Shown here piece after piece: positions 48,833-64,000 of a stretch of 64,000 nucleotides of DNA; position 1 is the first letter of the stretch; every line of letters starts with the position of its first letter. The notes under the pieces are model-generated. The model was not told the DNA's origin, made no database searches, and was given only the letters and a program-made list of their open reading frames with translations. The stretch lies in the NCBI RefSeq assembly GCF_009914755.1, contig NC_060925.1; one strand, written 5' to 3'. The position numbers and the translations under genes were made by a program. The DNA is from the human T2T-CHM13v2.0 reference genome, Homo sapiens.

Positions 48833-49114
48833 TCAAAGTTCAGAGCAGGAGCTTCAAAGTTAGTCCAAGAAGATAATAAAAGGCTTCCTGGAGGAAGGGA
48901 CATTTAAACTGAAACCTAAATTTTACCTTATGTGCCAAGTTCTTATCAATGGCATTTCTAACTAGAATTTAATTATTTCTGCAAAATGCTTTCTGCTCAT
49001 TACTGGGGTGTGGCCTTTGTCTCTCTCTCTCTCTCTCCAAAGTGTTCTTCCCATAATGTGAAGAGGAGAAAGATCTTTTAAATCTTTTTATATAAAAGAA
49101 TAATTTACAAGTTA

Positions 49115-49480
49115 CAGATGCTCCTCAACTTATGATAGGGCTAAGTCCCAATAAACCCATCATAAGTTGAAAGTGTCCCTAAGTAGAAAGTGTACTTAAT
49201 ACAACTAACCTACCAAACATCATAGCTTAGCCTAGACTACCTTAAACATGCTCGGAACACTTACATTGCCTACATTTGGGCAAAATCATCTAACACAAAG
49301 CCTATTTTATAATAAAGTTTTGAATATCTCATGTAATTTATTTAATTTTGTACTAAAAGTGAAAAACAAAACAATTGTGTGATTACTAGAAGTACGGCTT
49401 CTACTGATTGCATTTTGCTTTTGCAACATTGTAAATTCAAAAACTCCTCAATCAAACCATCTTAAATCGGGGACTGTCTG
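49115..49480 (+). mobile_element. MER47A-like Tigger derivative
   Basis: TA|cagatgctcctcaactta...cggggactgtctg|TA. Confidence 0.82.
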
Positions 49481-50176
49481 TAGAATCTAAGCTGAAAACT
49501 CCTTCTCCCCATTGGACAGAAAACAGTTGCCACATAACTTCCTGTGTAACATTATTAAGTATCCATCCAGATTAGAGTAGCTCAAGGTTTTAAGATTGTA
49601 TTCCTTTATGCCATACTAATTTAGGCCACACAAACTATTAATTGTTGGTGTAATTTTCCAAATGAATTATTTTTGTGTATTTTCCAAGTAAAGTACTTTT
49701 GAGATTTAATAAAAAGAACTGGCCTTATGTTGATATACTGGAAATGCTATCCCAGCTTTGTCCCTGCCTGAGTCTTTTCCATCCTTCTCTGCCTTTCTTC
49801 CAGTGCAATCTATGGCTAATGTGCATTACAAGGCCAGATGTTTCTGGGGAAAACTACAAACAAACAAACCCTTGCTACTTGTCAATAAGTGGTATTACAA
49901 ATATCAGAATATACATCTATATTTTTTAGTGATAGATTATTTGAATCAGTCCATTTATTAGCATTTAAATTTGTTACCACCAAATCAGTTGAGCAAGATG
50001 TTAAGGGGGTGAAATAAATTCTTTTGGACAAACTTGGTCGTTGTCACTTGTAGAGAAAGACAATTGCTTATTTTTGTAGCAACTATTGTCACAGACAAAA
50101 ACAAAAAACAATACTTCTGTCAATTCCCTTTTAGTCTGAGTTTCAAGGTCAAGAGATGCATCAAGAAAGTATATCT

Positions 50177-50865
50177 GTGTAACTACAGAAAATCACATCC
50201 CTGACTGCCCCAGCACAAGGCCTAGGCTGTTTCAGGCAGTTCCTCTCTAATGATACTGCATTCCCAGAACATTTAAAAATTATTCTTGAGAACTACAACC
50301 AAGAAATGGTGGTCGGGGGGAGAACTAGGTCAGTCCAGAGTCACATGGAGAAGTGTCTTCTAGACACTTTTTGGAATATCTTGATGGCTCACAATGAACC
50401 CATTAACTGGTCCCCTCAGCTATGGCAGAGCTGTGTACAACGTCCCCCATCCTCCCTCTGGCCAGTGACTGGACTGGAAATAGGCTGCTGACTCAAGCTG
50501 AGCAGAGTCCCTTCCCAAGGAATCTGGAAGTGGGGATGGGAGCAGAGAGAGTGTGTCTTTCCATGTGGTTGGAACTGTAAAAAGTAAATATGAAAGCTGT
50601 GGCTGCCATCTGCCAGCTGCCATATGGCTTGAATAACTGAGAAAGCCAGATGCTGCAGAAAAAAAATGAACTGAGAAACAAAGTAAGCTCTCTCTCTCTG
50701 AGTTCCTGCTGATATTTCCATTTCAGTGTCAGCTCTTTTGACACCTGGTTGCTTGCATTCCTGCCTTAGCTTCGTGAGATGCTTCTATTTTCTTATGTTT
50801 CCCCTTTTCTACCTAAAACAGTTCAAAGTTGGTTTCTACTCTTGATAAACAAACACCCTGATGAA
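50177..50865 (+). mobile_element. Old ERVL/MaLR-type LTR relic
   Basis: Contains ctgactcaagctgagc...agagtcccttccc...gaaagctgtggctgccatc and an LTR-like end; family uncertain. Confidence 0.4.
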
Positions 50866-51334
50866 TCCTGAAGGCTAGGCATTGTCCCCACCAATCTCTG
50901 GTGAGGCAGTTGTTTATCAAGAGTTGCCCTGTGATGTGCACATTGCTTTCTCCTTAGCAAGGTGTTCCACTCATCAGTCCTGCTAGGCAAAACAAATGAG
51001 AAAAGATGCACGAAGCAGAGTGGGAAGAACTGGACACAACTGAGTTGAAAGCTAACCATATTACTTATTTGCTGTTTGACCTTAAACTAGTTTCTTAAGG
51101 TCACTGAGCCTCTGCTTATTTACATATTCACATCTGCCTTGCAGGATTGATTAAATGAAATAATTTATGTCAAAATGAGATTATGGTTCTTGGAGCAGTA
51201 ACTGTAATGTTATTGTCACTTGGTATCCATGGACACATTTAAGGCTCTCTTCCACAGGAAGCAATGAGATAAATATTTAGACAGTTTTCAATTTTTCTGC
51301 TATTAACAGAATTCTGCAGTGAACAACCTTGTAA

Positions 51335-51833
<499 letters not shown>

Positions 51834-53519
51834 TGTGATGTTTCTTTTTAAAAGGAAATTGCCAGCCCTTCAGGGCCTCTCTTTCTCCCTTCCCACAGAC
51901 TGGAACTCAAACCCAATTGAGACCATGTAAATGAGGACAACACCTTAGGGAATGGCAAAACAAAGACTGAAGTACCTTAGGACCCTGAATGACTGCATGG
52001 AACAGAACCCTGCTGGAGCCCGAAGCACTGACCTCTGACCTCTTACCTCTGACATGAGATGTCTCTTTGCTACAGAATCTCAGTCTTATCTTAATAGCAC
52101 AGGGGGGTCAATACATCTTTTATTAGTTACAGTAAGGCACTTTGGAGTACTAATTAAGTTTTATACAATGAGCAGGTTAGGTATGACTTGACATCATCCG
52201 TAACAGCCAAAATGATGTATCCTCCACCTACATGTTCCAGTATTTCATTTGTTAGTATTATTCATACCCGCATAAAGAAAATTTTCCTTCCTTATAAAAG
52301 TGCAGTGGTTTCAGTGCTAATCATTCCCTGCTTCCTCTCCACAACAGTTCCTTCAGTGTTAATGCACGGCATCTTAACTGACAGCAAGCTACTGAATTTC
52401 AGGTATATTGCTGACCTAAGCGGATTTAAGCAAACAGTGGGTAGTTCTTTTGTTTATTTCCAAGTCTGAACTTGCAGTTGATTATCTGCAAATATTTTGT
52501 AGGATTATAGGTAGATTTCCAGAGTTAAATTAGTTGTATAATACATTATGGAGACTACAGCCTAATTTTTTTTTATAGCCTAATTTTTATAAAAGTAACT
52601 CCCTTAGTATTGCAGCAAGCTCAATGTTAACTGCTTCTCCCATATGGTCACTTGTGGATGCTTATATTAAACTGATGCGCTTTCATTATACATTAATGTT
52701 GGCTAACGTGACAGCCTCTAAGTAATCCAGATTACATATGGATGACTCTGGAAATAAAGTGAATATTGAACATTCATGCAAATGATTTCTAAATAGATGT
52801 TTAATATATTCCTTGCTTATGTAAATTAAATTGCTTTGTGATTAACACCTTCTTTGTTCCCCTTCTCTCAAGGATCATAGAGTTCTGTGCTTTCTATTGT
52901 CCAATGTCTGAAAACAGTTGGTTTTATTTACTTTATTTAATTTTATGGCTATTTACTGGGGGAAGGTAAATTCACTATTCTGTTATGGCTGAAACAGAAG
53001 TCTCTCGGAAACTTCGAATCCTTTTTTTTTTTTTTTTACCCTAATGCTATATAAGAATTGCCTTATATTAAGTAAATATTCAGGAATAGAGACAGCCCTA
53101 AGAACTGGGTCATGTCACTAGCCCTCTTCAGTTGCAGTTCACGGATCCTCCACCTTGACAATAACCATGATTCTATCCATTTCTCCTCCCTTGTCTGCTG
53201 CTACCACCAACTCCTCAGCACCTCCTCTATACATGCATTGCAAGCTTTCTCCTTTCTCATAACTTTGGTATGCTGAAGATTTATACTGGCCTTTCTCTAT
53301 GAATCCTTTCAGCTTCAACTTCAGCTCTGTATTGCACATGGGAACTCTTGAAAAGACAATCTGATCCTGTCCCTCTCAGGGGAGAAACTTTTGGGCCACA
53401 GCTTTTTTCTCAGCTATAGCAAGGAAAGCAGATAGGGAAAAGAGGTGAGTTGGTCACTATGTGCAGAATATGGCCAATCAGAGAAGTTCTGCTAAAGGAG
53501 CAAGCAGGTGTGGCAGTTG

Positions 53520-53695
53520 CTGAGATTTGCCTATAGCAGTTATTTACTTACATGTCTATGTCTCCTAATTTTAAGCTTTTTGAGGTCAGGTGCCATGTTT
53601 CAGGTATTCTTCAATGCTTAGTGCCCAGCACATTGCTTGGTACATAGTAGGTTCTCAATACATTTTACTGAATGAATGAATGAATTGATGAATGG
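53520..53695 (+). mobile_element. L2 3' end
   Basis: Contains gcccagcacattgcttggtacatagtagg...tgaatgaatgaatgaa. Confidence 0.75.
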
Positions 53696-54787
53696 CTATC
53701 TTGGCTCCCCAACTAGACTGTTAGCCCCCTTGATTGGCCTCAGAGTAACATAGATCCTTAAAATGAACAAATTACAAGACTACTTTGGGGATTGTTTTAA
53801 GAAATCCTGTTTAAAAAATAATTGAAATGCTAGCCAAAGTGTTTTTTGATTTTGCTTTAATGATTTTAATTAGTATCCAACATCAATTCTTAATCTGTAT
53901 ACAACAGTTCTGGAGTGACCTGGATAACAATTTGTTTGCTCATACACCTTAAGTACTCCCCAAATAGAATGTATAAAAGTACTAATTTAGATTGGTTTTG
54001 TGTAATCTGTGAATAAATAATATTTTACAGCAGTTCTCTGGGTAATGAGAGTCACTCTGTACAGATAGTAGGTATGTACTTAAATATTTATACATTTCCC
54101 TCTGAGCTAGTAAGTCATTGACCCTGAAGCTGGAATGAGGCTGGTTTGCACCTTGGAAAACTTAATCGTTCCCATGGTAACACAGAGACTCTTGCCTACC
54201 ACTTCTTCCCACATCTTTGTTATATTTAAAGCAAGAAATTGTTATTTACTTCATATTTGATATGTTGATACAATTTTCAGGGCACAAATTCCTAACCTCA
54301 GCCATTCTTGTGTATAAAATATTGCCATAGTAACAATAAAAAAACTGATTATAAGTAATAACTTATGAACTGAAAAATGATCTGTCAATTCTATAGCATT
54401 TTAGAGTTCAAAAAATGTTCCCTCAATTTTGCGACAATTATCAAGATGTTGGGATTAAAAACATATTTAACCAACTAGTGAACTAATGATTCTTACATAT
54501 TTTGAAAAGACAACTACTAAGTTACTTTACATGTTTAAAGTTAAAATATTTTTTGCTTATCAAAAAATAATTTCTGTTCATTATAGCAAAGTTAGAGAAT
54601 AAAGACAGGCAAAAAGAACATTTAACAATCCAGTAATCTCCATTTCCCATGGTTATTATGTCTTTTCAGTATCTTTTCAGTGTGTGTATATGTGGAGGTG
54701 ATGTGGCGATGGTGTTGAAGAGAGAAAGAAAGAAGCTCATCTCCCAATAAATTTTGTTCTGTATTCTGATTTTTTAAAACTTCATAT

Positions 54788-55089
<302 letters not shown>

Positions 55090-55647
55090 CTTCATATATT
55101 ATGAACATCTTTTCAAATATATTAACTATAGTGTCATTTTTATTGGTTGAATAGTGTTGATGTTTGGTTGAAGGAATTTACCATACTTTAGTTAACCAGT
55201 CCTCTTTTTGTTGGTCATTTTCATTTTTCAGTTTTTCACCAATATCAAACATATACCAAAAAAAGATAAAGAAAAAAGAAAGGGAGAGCAAAGAAGGGAA
55301 AGAGGGAGGGAGGAAAGAAGGGAGGGAGGAAGGAAGGACACTGCAATGAACATCTTGTGGCACACATTATTAATTACCTTCTCTAATACTGAGTATTATC
55401 TTTAAAAATAATCCTTACCAATTAGATAGGCAAAATGGTATTTTAATGTTGCTTTGATTTGCATCTTTTATTATTGATGGAAATGAAAAAAAAATCTTTG
55501 CTGACCCTTTTCATTTCTTCTTTTCTGATTTACCAGTACAAGTCCTTTGCCCATTTTTCTGTTTGGCTATTTATCTTTTCCTTACTGATATGTAAGACTT
55601 CCTAATTGTTAGTCCTTTTTTTTTCTCTTTCCATTTGGCACTTGCCC

Positions 55648-55972
55648 TTTTTCTTTTTCTTTTTTTCTTTTTTCTGAGACAGGGTCTCGTTCTCACACTG
55701 TTACCCAGGCTAGAGTGCAATAGTGCAATCATAGCTTACTGTGGCCTCAAACTCCTGGGCTCAAGCAATCATCCCATCTCAGCCTCCTGAGTAGCTAGGA
55801 CTATAGGCACACGCCATTATGCCTGGCTTTTTTTTTTTTTTTTTTTTTTTTTTGGAGAGATGGGGGTCTTGTTATATTGCACAGGCTGGTCTCGAACTTC
55901 CCCGCCTCAAGTGATTCTCCCATTTCAGCCTCCCAAAGCTGGGATTACAGGTGTGATCCACCATGCCCAGCC
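55648..55972 (-). mobile_element. AluJ-like with an expanded mid-A tract
   Basis: TSD tgcccttt; long T run at about 55828-55853. Confidence 0.86.
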
Positions 55973-56302
55973 TGCCCTTTAATTTTTTGGTGACTTCTAA
56001 AGCACAGTTTTTAGTTTTTTAATATTTAAAAAATAAATATTTTACTTAATGTTTCACATAATATAATCCCCCCTCCCAAGACTATACAAGTTTTTCTTTA
56101 TATTTTCTTCTCGTAAGGCTATGGTTTCATTTTTATATAAAATCTTTAAAATCATCCAAATGCATGAAAGTCACAATAAATCACTAGAAATTTATTTTAG
56201 AACATGGTGTATTTTTTCCCTCCAAACAATTGGCCAATGACCCTTTCATTTATTGTATAGTTTATATTTTCCTCACTGATTATAAATGTAACATTTTAAA
56301 AA

Positions 56303-56462
56303 AAGAGATGGGGTCTTGCTATGTTACTCAGGCTGAAGTGCAGTGGCTATTCACAGGTGCAATCACAGTGCACTAAAACCTCAAACTCCTGTGCTCAAGT
56401 GATCTTCCCATTTCAGCCTCCTGAGTAGCTGAGACTACAGGCTTGTGCTACCATTCCCAACT
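56303..56462 (-). mobile_element. FAM
   Basis: Carries the 7SL-type segment gtgcagtggctattcacaggtgcaatc. Confidence 0.8.
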
Positions 56463-56924
56463 TGAATGCCACTTTTATTATCTATCTACTTGGGTCTGAA
56501 TAACATTGAATTTTAATGTGAAAATACAAAGATGCCCCACGTATCTAACCATTTCCCCTCTGTGTGTGTTGCCTGGGACCTCTTCAAAAGCTGTTTTTAA
56601 TCAGCTATTGTGTGGAGGGAAAATAAGGTTTCATTTCAAATGCCAAAAAGATACTGAATGAATCTCTTTAAAATTAAATCAGAAAGTGTTATAAATATTT
56701 TATAACAGTGTCATTGCTAATGCAGACTTGTATTGTGAGATATTATAATCTAAGCTCTTTTATTGCTATACATCTGGGCTATGATGGCTTATATTTTATG
56801 ATCATATTTTGCTCATTAAGCCAATAAAATATTCCTAATTAACTATGGGTGATATATGCATTAATTATATATTTATTATAATTACTCAGGGGCTAAGTAT
56901 TATTTATGAATTTAAAATGATCAA

Positions 56925-57401
<477 letters not shown>

Positions 57402-57682
57402 TTAAGTTGTGCTTAAGTTGTTCCTTTCTCCCAAATACAAGAAAATCACAAAGATACATATTTCTGTTCTAAATATAAACAGTAACCCTAATTTTAGTTT
57501 TAATAAAGACGATAGGTTTGATGGTGAATGCCATCATGGTGAACTGGTATTTAGACAGTGACTTTCTCAATCACTTTGCCTGTAATTTAACCACATGCCA
57601 CTTGCCATCATATGCTCCTGAAAATACTATAATTGGTCACTTAATCAATGTACTAGCTCATTGTAGTAAATGTTGGCCTTAA

Positions 57683-57805
57683 CCCATTTATGCCAGAGGT
57701 TGCAAATTTTTTTGTGTGAAAAATCAGACGATGACCTTGAGCATAGGATATAAATAACTCCCACAAGCTTAGCATTCCAATAATGGAACATTAGGAATAA
57801 ATAGG
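57683..57805. mobile_element. MER85 (piggyBac PGBD3-derived MITE)
   Basis: TTAA at 57679-57682; TIR cccatttatgcc; internal gatgaccttgagc...ggatataaataactcccaca; palindrome attccaataatggaac; right TIR ggaataaatagg; TTAA at 57808-57811. Confidence 0.88.
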
Positions 57806-58411
57806 TTTTAACCAAAACAATGACTTAGGTCAAGTTACATAACCAAGCTTATAAAGGTGAATTTGCAGAATTTTATATTAGGTCATTTCAAAGATACATG
57901 TAACTCACTTTTCTTCCCATATATACATTCCAATAAGACATTTCAGGCATGTTTTGGTGCATTTGATAGACGTCAAAAATAATACTTGCTGTCAAAAAAC
58001 AGCATTAAATCCTGTGTGAGCCTGACTGAAAAAAGAGCTACAATGTGATTACCAAGAAAATGGTCTGCGAATTGCTTGGGCAGAATCTCTAAAGCCTGTT
58101 CTTTTCCCAGTGCTCATTTACAGTGAAGAAAACAAACCAGGTGGCAGGGGAATTTAACTTGAAAAGAGGCTTATTTTCCCCTCCCGAGACACAAATTTGA
58201 TTTTATCTCTTGGCTCATATTACAAAGTGTGGCTGTTCTCCAAATTAGCTCTTGAGGATGATTTTTAAAAAATGTTTCTCACTTCCTTCCCCTTAATCAT
58301 GCATTCTACAGTGTATTGAGAATATCTACCTCTTCATCTCCTCAAGTCTCTCACAGATCATTTCTCATTTCGCCGCCTTCTAACTTCCTGTTCTGTCACA
58401 AAATCTCTTGA

Positions 58412-58822
<411 letters not shown>

Positions 58823-59444
58823 CACAAAGGATATCTCTATTTCATAAATGAAAAAGACTGAGCTTAGAAAAATTCAGTAGCTTTTTCTCGCTCACAAGAC
58901 TAGTAAAATTTGAAGAGGAAGAGGAATATGTGACTTAATCCCAGGTATAGAAGGCCCAGGGCCTACACTTACTTTCAATACCAACAATGCAGGGGCAGTA
59001 TAACGTAACTATGAAGAAGAGTTGTTCTGGAGCCAGACCGCATGAGCTTCAATCCTGGCTTTGTCACCTAAGAGTTAATCTAAATTTTTTGTGTTTCAGT
59101 TTCATCATCTGTAAAATATAAACCATTTACTGAACAACTATTCATTGGTTCCCAATCATTCCACCTCAGAGTTGTTCTCTGATGTGCTGTCTTGCTTTTG
59201 TTTAATTTGTCACATTTTATGCTGATGATCACCAAGGGCTTAGATGTCTAAAAATGAAGGCTTAAATCACTCTATTAGGAAAAGCCCCCCAATCAGTTGG
59301 AATAGTAACTGTAAGCAGGGAAACTTGGATGGGTAGTCATACATACTAGCTATGGCCTCATAAACTGTAGTGAGAATGAGTACTCCACACATATTGCTGG
59401 AATGTCTGAACACTGAAAAATTACCTATTCCTCTTCCCTGCCTT

Positions 59445-59695
<251 letters not shown>

Positions 59696-62600
59696 TTTTT
59701 CCTTTTAAAATAAGAACTATCACTGTTTTCTTCTCCTTCCTTTTTTTTTTTTTTTTTCTCTAGCAACTATTGCCACCCTGGCCCCAAAAGTTATTTATAG
59801 AGTACATTGGTAGTAATTATACTTACAATTTAGTCCATGGAGTGCAGGACCATGAGGAACTATAGCTAGATAAGATTGTGCCAGAATTAGAAGAATAGAC
59901 ATTTTACTTTCAGAGACCATGACTAAAAGAATATTAACACCAAGATGCTCCTTCCATCAGCTGGATGTACCTTTGGGCTTGGAAAGATGGCAAGTATAGG
60001 AGTTGTACTGGAACGGCTGGATCAAATAGGTTGAAGGCATTTTTGTCATTGTACATGTGGGGAAAAGCAACCAAGTAATAAGACACAACAGATATCTCTT
60101 AAGGCACCGACACAGCTCACAGTGACACCTCCCTCCCCAGCACAGCGTAAGGGTGGAACAGTAGCAAAATATCTATACACATAACTTGCAGATGAATCAT
60201 GCCTGAGTAACATGGAGGTGGAAATATGACCCAAATTGGGCAAACAGACTTGTTTTCCCAAGAAACTGGAATTTTGATGTGAGATGCATAGAGGGTGAGT
60301 TGTTTACAGCCCACCAGGAGGACAGTTTATGGATTCCTACCAGTGAGTTTCCCAGAGTTTCCCTGGTTATTCAACAGTTCCCAAGATTCCATGAGATACC
60401 CCAGTATCCTTCCACTAAAGTCAACTTTATGAGCTGCAGTTGTTGTTTGAGCCAGAACCTTAACTACTACACTTCCCCAAATAGCCTTCTCTCATGTTAT
60501 TCCTTTATGTGTTCCTTTCTCTCCACCAAAATAGCAAAACAGAAAAAACAATTGGGCTTACCAAGAATGCTGTGATATTTTGACTCACTGAGCTTTGGCT
60601 GTTTCCCTGCATGAAATTCCCTTCTTCTTCTTCCTGAAACCTTGTTCAAGGATACTTCAACTATGATACTTACCATTGTCAACCCCTAGTTACTTGCTTT
60701 GATTTGGAAGGTCGTCCACTGTGCCCTGTCACATCAAAATCATGGCACTTACCATACTGCACTGTGTAGTCTTTGGTTTACTTGCCTGTCTCCCCCATTA
60801 GATGGCAAGCTCCTTGACAGCAGGGGCTACTTCCCATCTGACTGTATTTCTCCAGTTCTTTATTACAGTACCTAGTGCCCAGGAGACCCAGTAAGTAAAT
60901 AGATAAATGAGTAAACAGTTTCTGCTTCAATATGAGAACATGATTAAGCTTACCTGCTTGAGGAATGTGAGGAAAACAGCCAATGTAAAACAGCCACACC
61001 CTTTCTAGAGCTGATGACAGCCAACTGGTCCCAAATGTGGAAGTCCAGCGAAAAATCAGCAGAGCCACCTACCCAACCCACAGTTGACTTAGAAGATAAT
61101 TCCAGAAGAGCTGTCCAACTAATGCAGAGACTCCTAAGAAAAAAGGTATAGTTATTGTTGTAACCCACTGCCCTTTGGGTGGCTTCTTAGGCAGCATTTT
61201 TGTAGCAATAAATAACTGGTGCAATATCTGTAGGTTAGATGTTACCTGAGGATCACCAACTTGAGAGCTTTGTTTGCTAAAAAAAAAAAAAAAAGGTTGT
61301 AAATCCAAGGATTGCTTTTACAAATCCCACTGTGAATGTGAAGAATGGATATATTTATAAATCAGTAGAAATAATATTTCTCACTACTTAATAATGTTTA
61401 AAGATTAGTAGAAGACATTTTTAAAAAGAATAATTTAAAATTAAAAAAATTTACGGGATAATCAAAAGTAAAACCACCAATAACTTCTTTATTCTAGCAC
61501 ACACGTTTGCATTTCTATTGAGCCTTTCTCCATGTACATATGTATTTTCACGTTGTTCTAATAACAATGTTGTATTTAGTTTTAATATTAGAGGAAAATT
61601 ACCATATTCATATATAATATTCATAAGTATTTTCATGCCTACATAAGTTATTCAAATAGATTTACTATAATTAATCATTGTTTCAATTGTTTTTAAAAGT
61701 TAAATTAATATTTTTCTATTACCAACAATACAGCAAATAGTTTTTTCTTCTTTTGGTATTACTTCTTCAGGCAATAGACATTGTCTTTCTTGTTTATTGC
61801 CATATCCCCTCATAACCCCAGTAACTAGCAAAGTATATGGTAGACACTAATAAACATTTCTTGAATGAAAGCAATGCATGAATGAGTAAATGGAATTTAC
61901 AGAAGTAGGCTTTCCAGTTCCATCTGCTTCAAATGCTTTTTAAACAAAATTAGCAGGACTGAATTAGATTCAACATTCACACCATTTGAAAGAAAAATTT
62001 ATTTGCATCACAATTTAAACTTATCATCTATAGATAAAGAGATTTGTTATTCACCTCAAAATCTGAGTTAGTTGCATAGTTGACCCACAGGAATGTATCA
62101 GCTTTAACTGAAAAGACCAAAAAAAAAAAAAATTCTAAGGTGTTTGTTCATGAACTGTTTGTACAAATATACTGGATATATACCATTTATTCCCAGTTCT
62201 CATCCTCCTCTGCAACGCTTGACACTTTGGGCTACTTCTTTTTCTCAAACTTGGTTGGTTGTGTATCTGTTTTTGTGACAATGAATTTACACAACTTCTC
62301 TTGCTGTTTCTTTGACCCCTCCTTTGCCCTTGCCTGTGGTCATTCTCTAAATATTTCCTTAGTCTTCTGCTCTTCTCCCTTTGCAATCACTGTCTATAAT
62401 CACTCACCTATAATTTGGCTTCAACTTGTCCTTTCTGTGAAACATGCTCAGATCTGTATACCTAATCCTGATCACTCCATCTGTGTCTTTTCAATCTCAT
62501 CCTCCTCCATTTCCTTGAGCTTCATTTTGCTTGTATTTTCAATCTGCTTCTCTTCTCTGGCTCCTTTCCCTTGAGCTACATGTGCCTTTGCAATTCCTCC

Positions 62601-63529
62601 TTGACCCTGCTTCTTCCTTAAGGTGTTTTCTCATTGCTCCCTTTTCCTTCACCACCAAACTTTTTGAAAGAGTACTCTCTGCTGCCTGGCTCTAGTTCTC
62701 CCCCCATTCCTCTTCAGTTCTTTGCATGTTGACTTCCGATCTCTCTTCCTGAACTTTTACTTCAGTAACACTATCTTTGATCCCCTTCCAACAATGCCTC
62801 TCTGTGGCATCTCACACTCTTGTAACTCTCTCCCCACGACTTCCTTTACATAATGCTTCTTGGTTTCTATCAAATCTTTCCTCAAATATTTTCTTCTTTT
62901 TGCTTTCTGTCTTTGAACATTTTTCAAAAAATTCTACCATCCTTAAAGGTCTTTATCCAGTTTCAAAGTTAACAAATATTTATTGAGTGCCAAGGACTGT
63001 CCTGGCTCTGGGGATGCAGAAATAAACCAGACCCTCACTGGCTCTGGGTACTTACAGTCTAGCTTAAACAAACCCTGCTATAGAGGGACTTGTTACATAG
63101 CCCTACTATATGATCCCACATCTCCGCTGTCCAACTCTCACTGGATACATCCATTTGGATGGCTATTTCTTTCTCTCCATCCAAATCTACCTCTTCTTAC
63201 CATCATTGTCCCCACCTCCATTATTATTTAGGCACGGTCCTCGTATCTCACGGTAGATGCAGGCAGAAGCTAAATCCTGTAAATTCTGTTTCCAAATGCC
63301 TCTAATTTGTTTCTTTTATCTTATTATCACCAAACTTTCTTTGTTCAGGTCTACATCATTACTATTTTTACAATAGCTTAATAATTAATGTTCTTGTCTC
63401 TGTCCATTCCAGACCATCTCACATGCGAACTCAAACTAATCTTTTTAAACATTATTGTTTATGTCATCCCCCTTCTCAAAAATGTTCACTAACTCTTTCC
63501 ACTGCTTACAAAAGGATCTCCAGACTTCT

Positions 63530-63985
63530 TAAAATGATGTGGAAAGACTTGAGACTTTGTAGTCAGAAAGCTTGGGTTGCATTTCCAATCTGCCACTTAT
63601 TCACTCTGTGACCTTGAATAATCTCACTGGGCTTCAATTTTCCCATCCATCAATTGGGATTAATGACTAGTTATAAAGACCAAATACATGTGAAAGTGCT
63701 TTATATTTTTAAAGTCCTATAATGAATATAACCTTTTTTCCTTTTTTTTTTTAATTTAGAGATAGTTACCAAATTACAAATAGCTTCAGCTTTGGAGTTA
63801 AGTAACAACCTGGTTTGAAATTTCAGCTCCATTACTTATTATCTGTGAGACTTTGAACAAATTAGTAAAACTCTCTGAGACTGTTTTCCCCCCATGTCAA
63901 AACACCTATTTTGCATGGCTATATGGAAATTAAATGAAATAGCAAATATGAAAAACTTTTGGCCCAGTGTATAATTCATATCAGG
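63530..63985 (+). mobile_element. Two MIR relics
   Basis: Contain ctgccactta...tgtgaccttgaataa and ctggtttgaaatttcagctccattact...ctgtgagactttgaacaa. Confidence 0.65.
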
Positions 63986-64000
63986 CACTGATCTGTTTTC

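Noticed and set aside
55255-55340. Purine-rich (GGAA/GGGA) tract as a G4, triplex or enhancer
   Set aside because: It is short, irregular low-complexity sequence inside an old L1-like relic with too few consecutive GGAA units.
62080-62574. 164-aa (+) and 83-aa (-) ORFs
   Set aside because: Pyrimidine-rich, L2-like decayed sequence with compositional bias and non-ATG starts; no domain is recognisable.

Overview
This is primate (human-like) nuclear DNA. It is AT-rich, CpG-poor and mostly interspersed repeats: about 44 Alu/FLAM/FAM pieces, nested L1s (about 2-21 kb and 32-38.6 kb), MaLR and ERV1 LTR elements, L2/MIR relics and several DNA-transposon fossils (Hsmar2, MADE1, MER1A, MER30, MER47A, MER53, MER85). 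The only gene-derived sequences I can support are a probable terminal exon with poly(A) signal at 55-~200 (+) and a full-length RPL39 processed pseudogene at 345-774 (-). From memory only (not verified), the layout fits human 1p22.1 between the 3' end of CCDC18 and DR1, which the lncRNA CCDC18-AS1 crosses on the minus strand. None of the supplied ORFs is a credible protein gene; they are Alu, L1, LTR or L2 translations, or chance frames. I found no evidence of a new biological system. The findings are local: a perfect 119-bp duplication in an old Alu, template-switch scars, deletions readable from nested repeats, a MER85 keeping its CSB-PGBD3 palindrome, a two-part CTCF motif, and candidate minus-strand exons. 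Repeat subfamily names come from recalled consensus sequences and boundaries are approximate; RepeatMasker/Dfam should confirm them.
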